A DNA stretch of 64,000 bases from an uncultured beta proteobacterium (GTDB taxonomy: Bacteria; Pseudomonadota; Gammaproteobacteria; Burkholderiales; Gallionellaceae). Positions 43,244-55,267 of the stretch are shown one piece after another. Both the position numbers and the translations under genes were made by a program. The notes beneath the pieces were generated by a model, which saw only the letters and a list, made by a program, of their open reading frames with translations, was not told the DNA's origin and searched no databases. The DNA is taken from contig CAWIYO010000006.1 of assembly GCA_963840345.1 (NCBI GenBank), forward strand, positions 277,194 to 341,193. Reading direction: 5' to 3'. Within the stretch, counting starts at the first letter, position 1. Every line of letters begins with the position of its first letter.

Positions 43244-46200
43244 TTAGTAACTCAGAACCGGCGCCAGCCACCGCTCCGCCTCTTCTACCGTCCAGCCCTT
43301 GCGCTTCGCGTAATCCGCGACCTGATCCTTGTCGACCTTGCCGGTGGCGAAGTATTGCGCTTGCGGGTGCGAGAAGTAGAAGCCGCTGACGGCGGCGGTG
43401 GGCAGCATGGCGTAGCTCTCGGTGAGCGTGATGCCTGCGTTCTGCGGCGCTTGCAGCAGCTCGAACAGCGGAGCCTTCTCGCTGTGCTCGGGGCAGGCGG
43501 GATAGCCGGGCGCGGGGCGGATGCCGCGATATTTTTCGGCGATGATGTCGTCGTTGCTGAGTTGCTCATCGGTCGCATAGCCCCAGAACTCGCGGCGCAC
43601 GCGCAGGTGCAGGTGTTCGGCGAACGCTTCGGCCAGACGGTCGGCCAGCGCTTTCAGCAGGATGGCGTTGTAGTCGTCGTTGGCCTTTTCGAACTCCGCC
43701 ACGCGCGCGTCGATGCCGATACCGGTGGTGACCGCGAACCCGCCGATATAGTCCTTCACGCCGCTGTCCTTGGGCGCGACGAAGTCGGCCAGGCAGTAGT
43801 TGGGGATGTCTTCAGGCTTCTTCGTCTGCTGGCGCAGGTTGTGCCAGGTCATCGCCACTTGCTTGCGCTTGTCGTCGGTGTAGATCTCGATGTCGTCGCA
43901 GTTCACCGTATTCGCGGGGAACAAGCCGAACACGGCATTGGCGGTGAGCCATTTCTCCTTGACGATCTTTTTCAGCATGGCTTGCGCATCGGCAAACAGC
44001 TTGCGCGCTTCGCTGCCCACCACTTCGTCCTGCAGAATCTTCGGGTAGCGACCGGCCAGCTCCCACGCCTGGAAGAACGGTGTCCAGTCGATGAAGTCGA
44101 CGAGGATGTCGAGGGGGTAGTTCTCGAGTTTGTATACGCCGAGGAGTTTAGGCTTCGGTGGGGTGTAAGGCTCGAACCCAACCCCTCCCGGCCTCCCCTT
44201 CTCAGGGGAGGAGTCCGCTGCTCCCTCCCTGACAAGGGAGGGCTGGGGTGGGTTTGGGTTCGCCCAGTTTGTTTTGAACCCATGCGCGCGCGCTCCCGCG
44301 AGCGAGATGTAGTTGGCCTTGCCCTTTTTGCCTTCGTGCTGTTCGCGCGCCGCATGGTAGTCGGCCTTGAGTTCTGCCACGTAGCTGTCGCGCAGGGTCG
44401 CAGAGAGCAAATTGCTGCATACACCAACCGCACGTGACGCGTCGTTGACATACACCGTGGTGCCGCTCGGATAGTTGGGCTCGATCTTCACCGCCGTATG
44501 CACGCGCGACGTGGTCGCGCCGCCGATCAGCAGGGGGATTCTGAAGCCCTGGCGCTCCATCTCTTTCGCCACATGCGCCATCTCTTCCAGCGACGGGGTG
44601 ATGAGGCCGGAGAGGCCGATCACGTCGGCGTTGTGTTCACGCGCGGTGTCGAGGATCTGCTGGCACGGCACCATCACGCCCATGTTCACCACCTCGAAGT
44701 TGTTGCACTGCAACACCACGGTGACGATGTTCTTGCCGATGTCATGCACGTCGCCCTTCACGGTGGCCATCACGATCTTGCCCTTGGTGCTGGTGTCGCC
44801 GGAGCGCAGTTTCTCCGCTTCGATGTACGGCACCAGGTGCGCCACGGCCTGCTTCATCACGCGCGCCGACTTCACCACCTGCGGCAGGAACATCTTGCCC
44901 GCGCCGAACAGGTCGCCGACCACGTTCATGCCGGTCATCAGCGGGCCTTCGATCACTTCGACCGGGAACTTGGCCTGCAGGCGCGCTTCTTCGGTGTCCT
45001 CGACGATGTAGGTGGTGATGCCGCGCACCAGTGCGTGGGTCAGGCGCTCCTGCACCGTGCCTTTGCGCCATTCGAGGTCTTCGACCTGCTCCTTGCCGCC
45101 GCCCTTGAAGCTCTCGGCCAGTGTGACCAGCTTCTCGCCCGCGTCGGGGCTGCGGTTCAGCACCACATCCTCCACCGCTTCGCGCAGGTCCTTCGGCAGT
45201 TCCTCGTACACGCCGAGCTGGCCGGCGTTGACGATGCCCATGTTCATGCCGGCCTTCACGGCGTGGTACAGGAACACGGTGTGGATCGCTTCGCGCACCG
45301 GCTCGTTGCCACGGAAGCTGAACGATACGTTGGACACGCCGCCGGAGATCTTCGCGTACGGCAGGTGCTTGCGAATCCACGCGGTCGCCTCGATGAAGTC
45401 CACCGCGTAGTTGTTGTGTTCCTCGATGCCGGTCGCCACCGCGAAGATGTTCGGGTCGAAGATGATGTCCTCGGGCGGGAAGCCGACGCTGGTTCACCAG
45501 GATGTCGTAGCTGCGTTTGCAGATCTCGGTCTTGCGCTGGTAGGTGTCGGCCTGGCCTGCCTCGTCGAACGCCATCACCACGGCCGCCGCGCCGTAGCGG
45601 CGCACCAGCGTGGCGTGCTTGATGAAGTTCTCCTCGCCTTCCTTCAGCGAGATGGAATTGACGATGGGCTTGCCCTGCACGCACTTCAGGCCGGCCTCGA
45701 TGATGCTCCACTTGGAGGAGTCGATCATCAGCGGCACTTTGGAGATATCCGGCTCGGAGGCGATCAGGTTGAGGAACTTCACCATCGCGGCTTCGCCGTC
45801 CAGCATGGCCTCGTCCATGTTGACGTCGATCACCTGCGCGCCGGTCTCCACCTGCTGCTTGGCGACTTCGAGCGCCTCGTCGTATTTGCCTTCGAGGATC
45901 AGGCGCTTGAACTTGGCCGAGCCGGTGACGTTGGCGCGCTCGCCGACGTTGACGAACAGCGAGTCGTCGCCGATGTTGAACGGCTCCAGGCCGGACAGGC
46001 GGCAGCGCTTTTCCAGGTTCGGCAGCTTGCGCGGCGGCACGTCTTTCAACGCTTCGGCGATGGCCTTGATGTGCGCAGGCGAAGTGCCGCAGCAGCCGCC
46101 CGCGATGTTGAGGAAGCCGCTGGTGGCGAACTCCTTCACCAGGCGCGCGGTCTTCTCCGGCAATTCGTCGTAGCCGGTTTCGGACAATGGATTGGGCAGG

Positions 46201-47054
46201 CCGGCGTTGGGGTGGGCGCTCACGTAGCAGCTCGCCACGCGCGACATTTCTTCCACGTAAGGCCGCATCAGCTCCGCGCCCAGCGCGCAGTTGAGGCCGA
46301 TGGACAGCGGCTTGGAGTGGCTCAAGGAATTCCAGAACGCCTCGGTGGTCTGGCCGGACAGCGTACGGCCGGAAGCGTCGGTGATCGTGCCGGAGATCAT
46401 GATCGGCACGCGCACCTTGTGCTGCTCGAAATGGCGCTCGATGGCGAACAGTGCGGCCTTGGCGTTCAGTGTGTCGAAGATGGTCTCGACCATCAGGATA
46501 TCCGCGCCGCCATCCAGCAAGCCGCGCACGGCCTCGGCGTAGCTTTCCACCAGTTGGTCGAAGGTAACGTTACGCGCGCCGGGATCGTTCACGTCCGGCG
46601 AGATGGAGGCTGTTTTTCCGGTCGGGCCGAGCACGCCCGCAACGAAGCGCGGCTTGTCTTTGGTAGAAAACTCATCGCACAGCCCGCGCGCCAGTTTGGC
46701 TCCGGCCACGTTCAGTTCGTACACCAGATGCACCAGATCGTAGTCCTCCATCGACACCGACGTGGAGTTGAAGGTGCAGGTCTCGAGGATGTCCGCGCCC
46801 GCTTCCAGGTACTGGCGATGGATGCCGCCGATGACGTGCGGCTGGGTCAGCAGCAGCAGGTCGTTGCAGCCCTTCACGTCCACATGGTGGTCCGCGAAGT
46901 TGCGACGCTCGCCGGTGTAGTCGCCGTACAACTCGGTACCGCGGTAGTGCGCCTCGGTCAGTTTGTAGCGCTGGATCATGGTGCCCATGGCGCCGTCGAG
47001 GATCAGGATGCGTTTCTGCAGGAGGTTTTCGATAGGATGCGGGGTATGGCTCAT
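43244..47054 (-). CDS. metH: B12-dependent methionine synthase with an apparent extra base near 45489
   Basis: [26 protein letters not shown] and VNSISLKEG lie in ORF 44742..47054; [26 protein letters not shown] and [10 protein letters not shown] lie in ORF 43244..45439. Removing one C gives [15 protein letters not shown]. Confidence 0.95.
44173..44262. repeat. 90-bp inverted-repeat element inserted in frame in metH
   Basis: cgaacccaacccctcccggcctccccttctcaggggaggag pairs with ctccctccctgacaagggagggctggggtgggtttgggttcg; it encodes about [30 protein letters not shown]. Confidence 0.8.
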
Positions 47055-47101
47055 AGTGCACGACTCAAAAAATGAGCGCGAATTTTAGCATGACAGCAAG
47101 T

Positions 47102-48600
47102 TCAGCCTTGCCGATCCATGCGGCGATATTGCACCGCCTCGGCGATGTGTGGCGTGAGGATGTTTTCACTGCCGGCAAGATCGGCGATGGTTCGCGCCAC
47201 TTTGAGCACGCGATGGTAGGCGCGCGCGGACAGATTCAATTTGGTGATCGCTTGTCTCAACAGCGTTTCGCCCTGCGTATCGGGCGTGCATAGCGCCTCG
47301 ATTTCGGTGACGGAAAGCTGGGCGTTCGGTTTGCCCTGGCGCGCGTTCTGGCGTTGCCGCGCAGCTTCCACCCTTGCCTGAATGGCTGAACTGCTTTCAC
47401 CGTCGGCCTGCTTGAGCAGGTCTTCCTGCGGCACCGCAGGCACTTCGATCTGGATGTCGATGCGGTCCAGCAGCGGGCCGGATATCTTGCCGCGATAGCG
47501 CGCGACCTGATCCGGCGTGCAACGGCATTTGCCGTTGTAGTGACCGAGGTAGCCGCAGGGGCAGGGGTTCATCGCGGCGACGAGCTGGAACTGCGCCTTG
47601 AAATCGGCGCGCCGCGCCGCGCGCGAAATGGTGATGCGCCCGCTCTCCAGCGGCTCGCGCAACACTTCGAGCACGCCACGGTCGAACTCGGGCAGTTCAT
47701 CCAGGAACAGCACGCCGTGCATGGCAACCGAAATTTCACCGGGGCGCGGGTTGCTGCCGCCGCCGACCAGTGCCACGGCGGATGCGGTGTGATGGGGCGA
47801 TCTGTACGGGCGCCGCTTCCAGTTCTCCACTTCGAACATGCCGCCCAGCGACTGCATGGCTGCAGATTCCAGCGCTTCCTGTTGCGTCATCTGCGGCAGG
47901 ATGCCGGGAAAGCGCGCGGCCAGCATGCTTTTTCCGGTACCCGGAGGCCCACTCATCAGCACGCTGTGTCCCCCGGCGGCGGCGATCTCCAGTGCGCGTT
48001 TGGATTGCGTCTGGCCTTTGACTTCGCGCATGTCGGCGTAATGCGGAACGGCGGCTTGCGATCATCGGGAATGTGGCGCGTCAACGCATCGCGCCCGGCC
48101 AGATGTGCCGCGACTTGCAGCAACGATTGTGCAGGATAAACCACCGCGTCTTCCACCAGCGCGGCTTCCGGTGCATTCACCGCAGGCAGGATAAACGCGC
48201 GGCCGCTGTTGGCGGCACGATAGGTCATCGCCAGCGCGCCGCGTATCGCGCGCAGTTCGCCAGTCAGCGCCAGTTCACCGGCAAACTCGTAATCATTCAG
48301 GCGGTCAGCAGGAATCTGCCCCGAGGCGGCGAGAATGCCGAGTGCGATAGGCAAATCGAAACGCCCGCTTTCCTTCGGCAGATCGGCAGGCGCGAGATTG
48401 ACGGTGATACGGCGAGTGGGAAACTCGAACTGGCAGTTCTGCAGTGCGGCACGGACGCGGTCCTTGCTTTCCTTTACCTCGGTTTCGGGCAAGCCGACGA
48501 TATTGAACTGCGGCAGGCCGTTAGCGAGATGCACCTCGACAGTGACCAGCGCGGCATCCATACCCGCCAGTCCGCGACTGTATAAAACAGCCAGCCCCAT
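47102..48600 (-). CDS. comM: YifB/ComM Mg-chelatase-like AAA+ ATPase with an apparent frameshift at about 48045-48070
   Basis: VEVHLANGLP..VGLP..ESKDRVR and NLAPADLPKESGRFDL lie in ORF 47956..48600; GPPGTGKSMLA, FLDELPEF, AMNPCPCG and SGPLLDRID lie in ORF 47102..48031. Confidence 0.9.
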
Positions 48601-48606
48601 GATGGC

Positions 48607-48819
48607 TTATTTTTTGGTTTCCAACGCCGCGATCCTGGCTTCCATCTTGTCCAGACGCTGCGCCAGCACTTCGTATTCTTCGCGCGTGACCAGGTCGAGC
48701 CTGGAGAAACCTTGCGCCAGCAGCGCACGTGCGTTCTTTTCGAAGTCCTTGGCGGGGGTCTGGGCGACGAGCTCGTTCAGTTTCGACGACATCTCTTCAA
48801 AGAATTTTGTATTCAGCAT
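48607..48819 (-). CDS. ubiK: Ubiquinone biosynthesis accessory factor UbiK
   Basis: 70 aa with SRLDLVTREEYEV and a C-terminal coiled coil; typical position between comM and glnK-amtB. Confidence 0.85.
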   Translation of the reverse strand: MLNTKFFEEMSSKLNELVAQTPAKDFEKNARALLAQGFSRLDLVTREEYEVLAQRLDKMEARIAALETKK

Positions 48820-48869
48820 AGCTATTCCTTTGTTGTGGGTTTGTGGCTAGTGTAATCTAAAAGTCCGGC

Positions 48870-48915
48870 GCACTGCTTGGGTGCACCGCACCGTTTTCGT
48901 GCATGTCCTTGGTGC
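48870..48915. promoter_or_regulatory. Tandem NtrC-type binding boxes
   Basis: GCAC-N7-GTGC at 48870-48884 and 48888-48902, plus GCAT-N7-GTGC at 48901-48915, upstream of a sigma54 site. Confidence 0.8.
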
Positions 48916-48979
48916 GGCATTTTCCTTCCGTTTTTTTCGCTATCGAACGCAAACCCAGTCGTGGCGCGGTTTTCATGGG

Positions 48980-48996
48980 TTGGCACAGTTTCTGCT
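48980..48996 (+). promoter_or_regulatory. Sigma54 -24/-12 promoter of the TorF-glnK-amtB operon
   Basis: TTGGCACAGTTTCTGCT has exact GG-N10-GC spacing. Confidence 0.82.
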
Positions 48997-49052
48997 GAAT
49001 GACAGGCGTGGACACTTCATCCCACTTAAACACTTAACAGAAAGGAAACACC

Positions 49053-49841
49053 ATGCTTAAGAACAAACTGCTCGTTGCTGCACTGGCCTCTTCTTTTGCA
49101 ATGCCGGTATTGGCAGCGGACGCACCCGCTCCCTACACTGTCTCCAGCAACATCGGCTTTGTATCCAACTATGTGTTCCGCGGTATCACGCAAAACGTGG
49201 CCAAGCCTGCAGTGCAAGGCGGAATGGATCTGACCCTGAGCAACGGCGTATATGTCGGCATATGGGGTTCCAACGTGGGCTGGATCACCGGCAGCGGCGC
49301 GACAGGCAATGCCAGTCTGGAAGTGGATACTTACGCCGGTTACAGAGGCGCGTTCGCGACCGACTACTCCTACGATGTCGGCCTGATTCGTTACAACTAC
49401 CTGGGCGATTACATCCCTCCCGCAGGCTATGCAAAGGCTGATACCGCCGAAGCATATGGCTCCATTGCCTACAAGTGGATATCCGCCAAGTATTCCTACT
49501 CTTTGGGCGACTTCCTGACGGTTCCCGGTGCAAAAGGCACCAATTACATCGAACTGAATGCGAACTATGCAGTTGGCGACAGCGGTTTTACGCTGCTGGC
49601 CCACTACGGCAAGCAAAAGTACAAAGGCGCCGCTGCTGACAAGCTGGTCGTCGACGGTTTTGATCCTTCGTACTCCGACTACAAGCTGGGCGTAACTAAA
49701 GATATCAGCGGCTACGTAGTTGGTTTGGCTTACACCAACACGAATGCCAAGGCCGGCGGTTACTACACTTACGCCAACAATGGCTCGCCGAAGGACTGGG
49801 GCAAGAGCGCCGTTGCACTGTCTTTGACTCACTCGTTCTAA
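49053..49841 (+). CDS. TorF-family putative outer-membrane porin
   Basis: Signal peptide; SNYVFRGITQ, PAVQGG.D, G.W.SNV and E.D.Y.GY motifs; C-terminal Phe; upstream of glnK. Confidence 0.88.
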   Translation: MLKNKLLVAALASSFAMPVLAADAPAPYTVSSNIGFVSNYVFRGITQNVAKPAVQGGMDLTLSNGVYVGIWGSNVGWITGSGATGNASLEVDTYAGYRGAFATDYSYDVGLIRYNYLGDYIPPAGYAKADTAEAYGSIAYKWISAKYSYSLGDFLTVPGAKGTNYIELNANYAVGDSGFTLLAHYGKQKYKGAAADKLVVDGFDPSYSDYKLGVTKDISGYVVGLAYTNTNAKAGGYYTYANNGSPKDWGKSAVALSLTHSF

Positions 49842-49867
49842 TCGGTAACCAGGCAAGCGGGGCGTAA

Positions 49868-51731
<1,864 letters not shown>

Positions 51732-51751
51732 GTCCCTCGGGTTGTATAACG

Positions 51752-51779
51752 GAAAAGGGCATCTTCGGATGCCCTTTTC
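51752..51779. terminator. Intrinsic terminator after amtB
   Basis: Hairpin gaaaagggcatc-ttcg-gatgcccttttc. Confidence 0.85.
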
Positions 51780-51817
51780 AATGGAGCATACATACCAATA
51801 CGACTTAGGAGGCCATC

Positions 51818-52094
51818 ATGCCTGGTGAGTGGAAGATATTGTTTTCTTTGGCAGGTCGCATGCACGTCTTGTTGCGACGCGAGATCAATCGGATCATCGA
51901 TGTCGAATGGATGTGTATCGATCCTGCCTATGCAAGGAGAAGTCATCAAGCAGGCACGCACCGTCGAGTCGGAGGAGTTGCACAAGCTGGCGCGCGGATC
52001 GAGGAAGTACACCCCAAGATGTTCCGTATCGAACATCCTGTCGATTCGGTTTCCCAGCCCGGCGGAATCGAAATACGTATCGACTTTGCGTTGA
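51818..52094 (+). CDS. Small hypothetical protein (about 90 aa) broken by about three apparent indels
   Basis: AGGAGG RBS precedes ATG 51818. Switching between two frames gives MPGEWKILFSLAGRMHVLLRRE..DVEW..AYA/EVIKQAR..ELHKLA/RIEEVHP../AESKYVSTLR*. Confidence 0.55.
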
Positions 52095-52140
52095 TCACCC
52101 GCAGTCGAGCGTTGCCGACCCGGGGTGTGAGAATGCCTTG

Positions 52141-53142
52141 CTATACCCCGGACGAGTTGGACAGGACGCTACGCGAAAATACGCTTCTGGAAAATTGGCG
52201 ATCTGCCAGCATACGATTCGACAGCGCGGACTGTGTGGACATGCTGAAACCGCGATATAGATCCTCGTCGCAATCCGACATGCGAACGGCGTGGGCCGCC
52301 TCGCCGAAATCGTGAATGAATTCGTCCCAATCTTCATACCGTTGCGCAGGGGATTTCCTCATTGCGCGTTCGATGACCTCCGAAAGCGCCTTTGGGAAGT
52401 CTTTGCGATAGCGCTCGACAGGCGTGATCGGGAAATTCAGGATTGCGATCCTGGCATCGAAGGGATTGTCCGCCTCAAAGGTGTTCTTCCCCGTGAACAG
52501 CCGATACATCACCGCGCCGAGCGAATAGATGTCCGCGCGCTGGTCCAGCGGCTCTCCTTCGAGTTGCTCCGGTGACATATAGGCCAGGCTGCCCGCCACT
52601 TCGGAGCCGAGCTCCCGGCTCGAAACGGCACAACCGAAATCCGTAAGTTTGGCGGTACCGTTCGGCATCATGATGATGTTCGCCGGTTTCACGTCGCGGT
52701 GCACGATGCCCAGCTTCGCCGCATAGCGCAATGCATTTGCGATCTGTTCGATGATGGATAAAACAGTCTTGATCGGCAACAAGGTATCGGCTTTATGGTG
52801 CCGATCCAGCGACACCCCGTTGGCATATTCCATCACCAGGTAAGCGCCCGTCTGATCGGTCAGATGGGCTTCCAGCACATGAACGATATTCTTGTGCCGC
52901 ATCTTTTTTCCCAGCTCGACCTCGGTAAGGAACATCTTCTTGTGCACGTCGGATTGGAACACTTTCTTGAATTGCTTGATGGCGACCGTGGCGAGCGATT
53001 CCGCGCGCATGCCAAGAAAAACCCTCGACGTCGCACCATCGCCCAACTGGCGGACTATCGAGTACTTTCCTATTCGTTTTGGCGGTTGCCTGGTCATATG
53101 TAGGGTCAGGGGATGATCGAAGAGAGATATCTCCTTCAGCAT
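52141..53142 (-). CDS. Hanks-type Ser/Thr protein kinase, soluble (start may be 53097)
   Basis: LGDGATSRV, VAIK, HRDVKPANI, DFG, YMSPEQ and DIYSLG motifs. Confidence 0.92.
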   Translation of the reverse strand: MLKEISLFDHPLTLHMTRQPPKRIGKYSIVRQLGDGATSRVFLGMRAESLATVAIKQFKKVFQSDVHKKMFLTEVELGKKMRHKNIVHVLEAHLTDQTGAYLVMEYANGVSLDRHHKADTLLPIKTVLSIIEQIANALRYAAKLGIVHRDVKPANIIMMPNGTAKLTDFGCAVSSRELGSEVAGSLAYMSPEQLEGEPLDQRADIYSLGAVMYRLFTGKNTFEADNPFDARIAILNFPITPVERYRKDFPKALSEVIERAMRKSPAQRYEDWDEFIHDFGEAAHAVRMSDCDEDLYRGFSMSTQSALSNRMLADRQFSRSVFSRSVLSNSSGV

Positions 53143-53269
53143 AGACTGGGTATGTGAAGAATTAGTTTCTTAACCACAATGAAGAAATGGCTTCCGAAGG
53201 TACGCTTTTCGATGATTGCGGCGGGTGTGGCGTACTTCCGGGACGTAGCGGGGCAACTACCGGTGCAGG

Positions 53270-54229
53270 TCAATTCGCGACTTCAACACGGTTGCGCCCG
53301 GATTCTTTGGCACGATAGAGCGCACGGTCGGCTTCTCCGATGATATCTTCAAGATTGCCTCCCGGCCGTGCCGCTGCGACGCCAACCGAAATGGTGATCT
53401 TGAACTTCAGATCGCCACTTTGAATTTTGGTCTCGGCGACCTTGGTGCGCAGCCGCTCGGCAATCGACTTTGCCTCCTCGATCCCCGTATCCGGCAGCAG
53501 AATCGCGAACTCTTCACCGCCGTAGCGCACCAGCAAATCGTGCGGCCGCATATTGAACTGCATGATGTTCGCCAGCGCTTTAAGGGTAACGTCGCCAACC
53601 AGATGGCCATAACTGTCGTTCACCCGTTTGAACAGATCGATGTCTACCACCATCACGGCACTGCGCCTGTGGTCGAGGGCGCAACGGCGCAGCACCCTGG
53701 GAAAAGCTTCATTCATCCAGCGCCGATTATGCACACCGGTCAACGCGTCGACCGTGGCTTGATGCTCGAACTGAGTACGTTTGCTGTGCGAGGTGATGAG
53801 TGCGGAATTGTCGTTGCGCATGCGGCCGGCAATGATGGCCAGCAGATTGCGCGCAACCTCATGCGACTGGTCAACCAGCGACCACATGGTGTCGTGCGGT
53901 ATGGCAAGCACGCGTGTGGATTTGGCAGCCACAACCAGCGCCGAAGGGTTCTTGCCGTCCACCAGCGATATTTCCCCGGTGCACTCACCGGCGCTTAACG
54001 TAACGTGCTCCAGCGTCTCCTGCCCGATGAGCTGAACGCGCAATTCACCCTCGAGGATCAGATACAGATAGTGGTTCGGTACTTCGGGTTGAAGCAACTT
54101 TTCGCCGGCAGGCAGCGACTGCAGCTGGCAGCGCTCCAGCATGTACTCGACACTTGAGAAATCCATGCCGCCGAACAAGAGGTTCTGTTCAATCAGTGCA
54201 CGATCGTGAGAATCCATGATTCCCTCCAT
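53270..54229 (-). CDS. Diguanylate cyclase with an N-terminal cNMP-binding domain
   Basis: LYLILEGELRV..GECTGEISL..SA.V.A, then DALTG..NRR, DID.FK.VND.YGH..GD, RPHD I-site and RYGGEEF. Confidence 0.9.
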   Translation of the reverse strand: MEGIMDSHDRALIEQNLLFGGMDFSSVEYMLERCQLQSLPAGEKLLQPEVPNHYLYLILEGELRVQLIGQETLEHVTLSAGECTGEISLVDGKNPSALVVAAKSTRVLAIPHDTMWSLVDQSHEVARNLLAIIAGRMRNDNSALITSHSKRTQFEHQATVDALTGVHNRRWMNEAFPRVLRRCALDHRRSAVMVVDIDLFKRVNDSYGHLVGDVTLKALANIMQFNMRPHDLLVRYGGEEFAILLPDTGIEEAKSIAERLRTKVAETKIQSGDLKFKITISVGVAAARPGGNLEDIIGEADRALYRAKESGRNRVEVAN

Positions 54230-54312
54230 GCCGTCACTTCACCTGAATTCGTTGCGCCTGCTGCCTTGCGCCGGAATATCGAGTTTCAACATGGAGGCGC
54301 GACCATGTAATG

Positions 54313-54864
54313 CTACCTTGAATAAGTCGTCGTCAACTTGGCCAGGCCGATCCTGTTGGCCAATATGTTATAGCCAATCAACGCCGGACTGGCATCTTCC
54401 GGCACATCGAGCTTGTCCACCTTGAGCGCATGCACCGTGAAGATGTAATGGTGCGCTCTGTCGCCCACAGGCGGGCAAGCCCCGCCGAAACTGTGTTCGC
54501 CGTAATCGTTGCGCCCCTGCTTTACTCCAGCGGGCAATGCCGCATTCACCCCTGCGCCCGGCAGGCCGCTAGCCGTTGCAGGAATGTTGTACACCACCCA
54601 ATGCCACCACCCGCTGCCCGTGGGCGCATCCGGATCAAAGACCGTGACGGCAAAGCTGCGCGTGCCGGCAGGCGGATTCTTCCATTCCAGGGCTGGAGAC
54701 AAATTGTCGCCATTGCAGCCGAATCCCTTGTATTCCTGAGCCTTGGTCATCGGTTTTCCGGTCTTCACATCCGGATCGGGGCTGGTCAGGTCGAATGCCA
54801 CCGCGTGGCCGGCAAGCAATGCTGCAAATGCAAATCCTGCTACTCGTTTCATGTATGTCTCCAT
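54313..54864 (-). CDS. YbhB/YbcL-family (PEBP/RKIP-like) exported protein
   Basis: Signal peptide; GC.G.N.SP.L.W, DPDAPTGSGWWHW and GACPP.GD..H.Y motifs. Confidence 0.92.
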   Translation of the reverse strand: METYMKRVAGFAFAALLAGHAVAFDLTSPDPDVKTGKPMTKAQEYKGFGCNGDNLSPALEWKNPPAGTRSFAVTVFDPDAPTGSGWWHWVVYNIPATASGLPGAGVNAALPAGVKQGRNDYGEHSFGGACPPVGDRAHHYIFTVHALKVDKLDVPEDASPALIGYNILANRIGLAKLTTTYSR

Positions 54865-54886
54865 TCAGGGGGGAAAGTAAAATCCA

Positions 54887-55258
54887 TTAACTGATACATA
54901 GTGCGACCAGCAGACCTGTCGAGACCGACAGGAACGCCAACAACAAACCAGCCGCGGCATTGCCTGTTTCTATGCTTTTCGCTTGCCTGCGCATGATCTG
55001 AAACAGGATGAACTGCATGGCACAACCGATAGCCGCCCAAATCACCATCTCGCTCAGATCGTGGGTGAAATAAATAGCCGACCCGATGGGCATTGTCAAA
55101 CCCAGCGAAGCGCCTCCCAGCGACAGGGCCGCTGCCACATTGCCTTCGCGCACCAGCGCCAGCTCGCGGTAAGGCGTCATCCAGAGATATAGAGTGACAC
55201 AGATCGCCAGCAACACAAGTGCGGTAGCCAGATATGCGAGAGACATCAGGATGGGCAT
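54887..55258 (-). CDS. DUF350 (YjfL-like) membrane protein
   Basis: Four hydrophobic segments; TPYRELALVREGNVAAALSLGG and a second GNAAAG repeat. Confidence 0.88.
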   Translation of the reverse strand: MPILMSLAYLATALVLLAICVTLYLWMTPYRELALVREGNVAAALSLGGASLGLTMPIGSAIYFTHDLSEMVIWAAIGCAMQFILFQIMRRQAKSIETGNAAAGLLLAFLSVSTGLLVALCIS

Positions 55259-55267
55259 GGGAGACTC

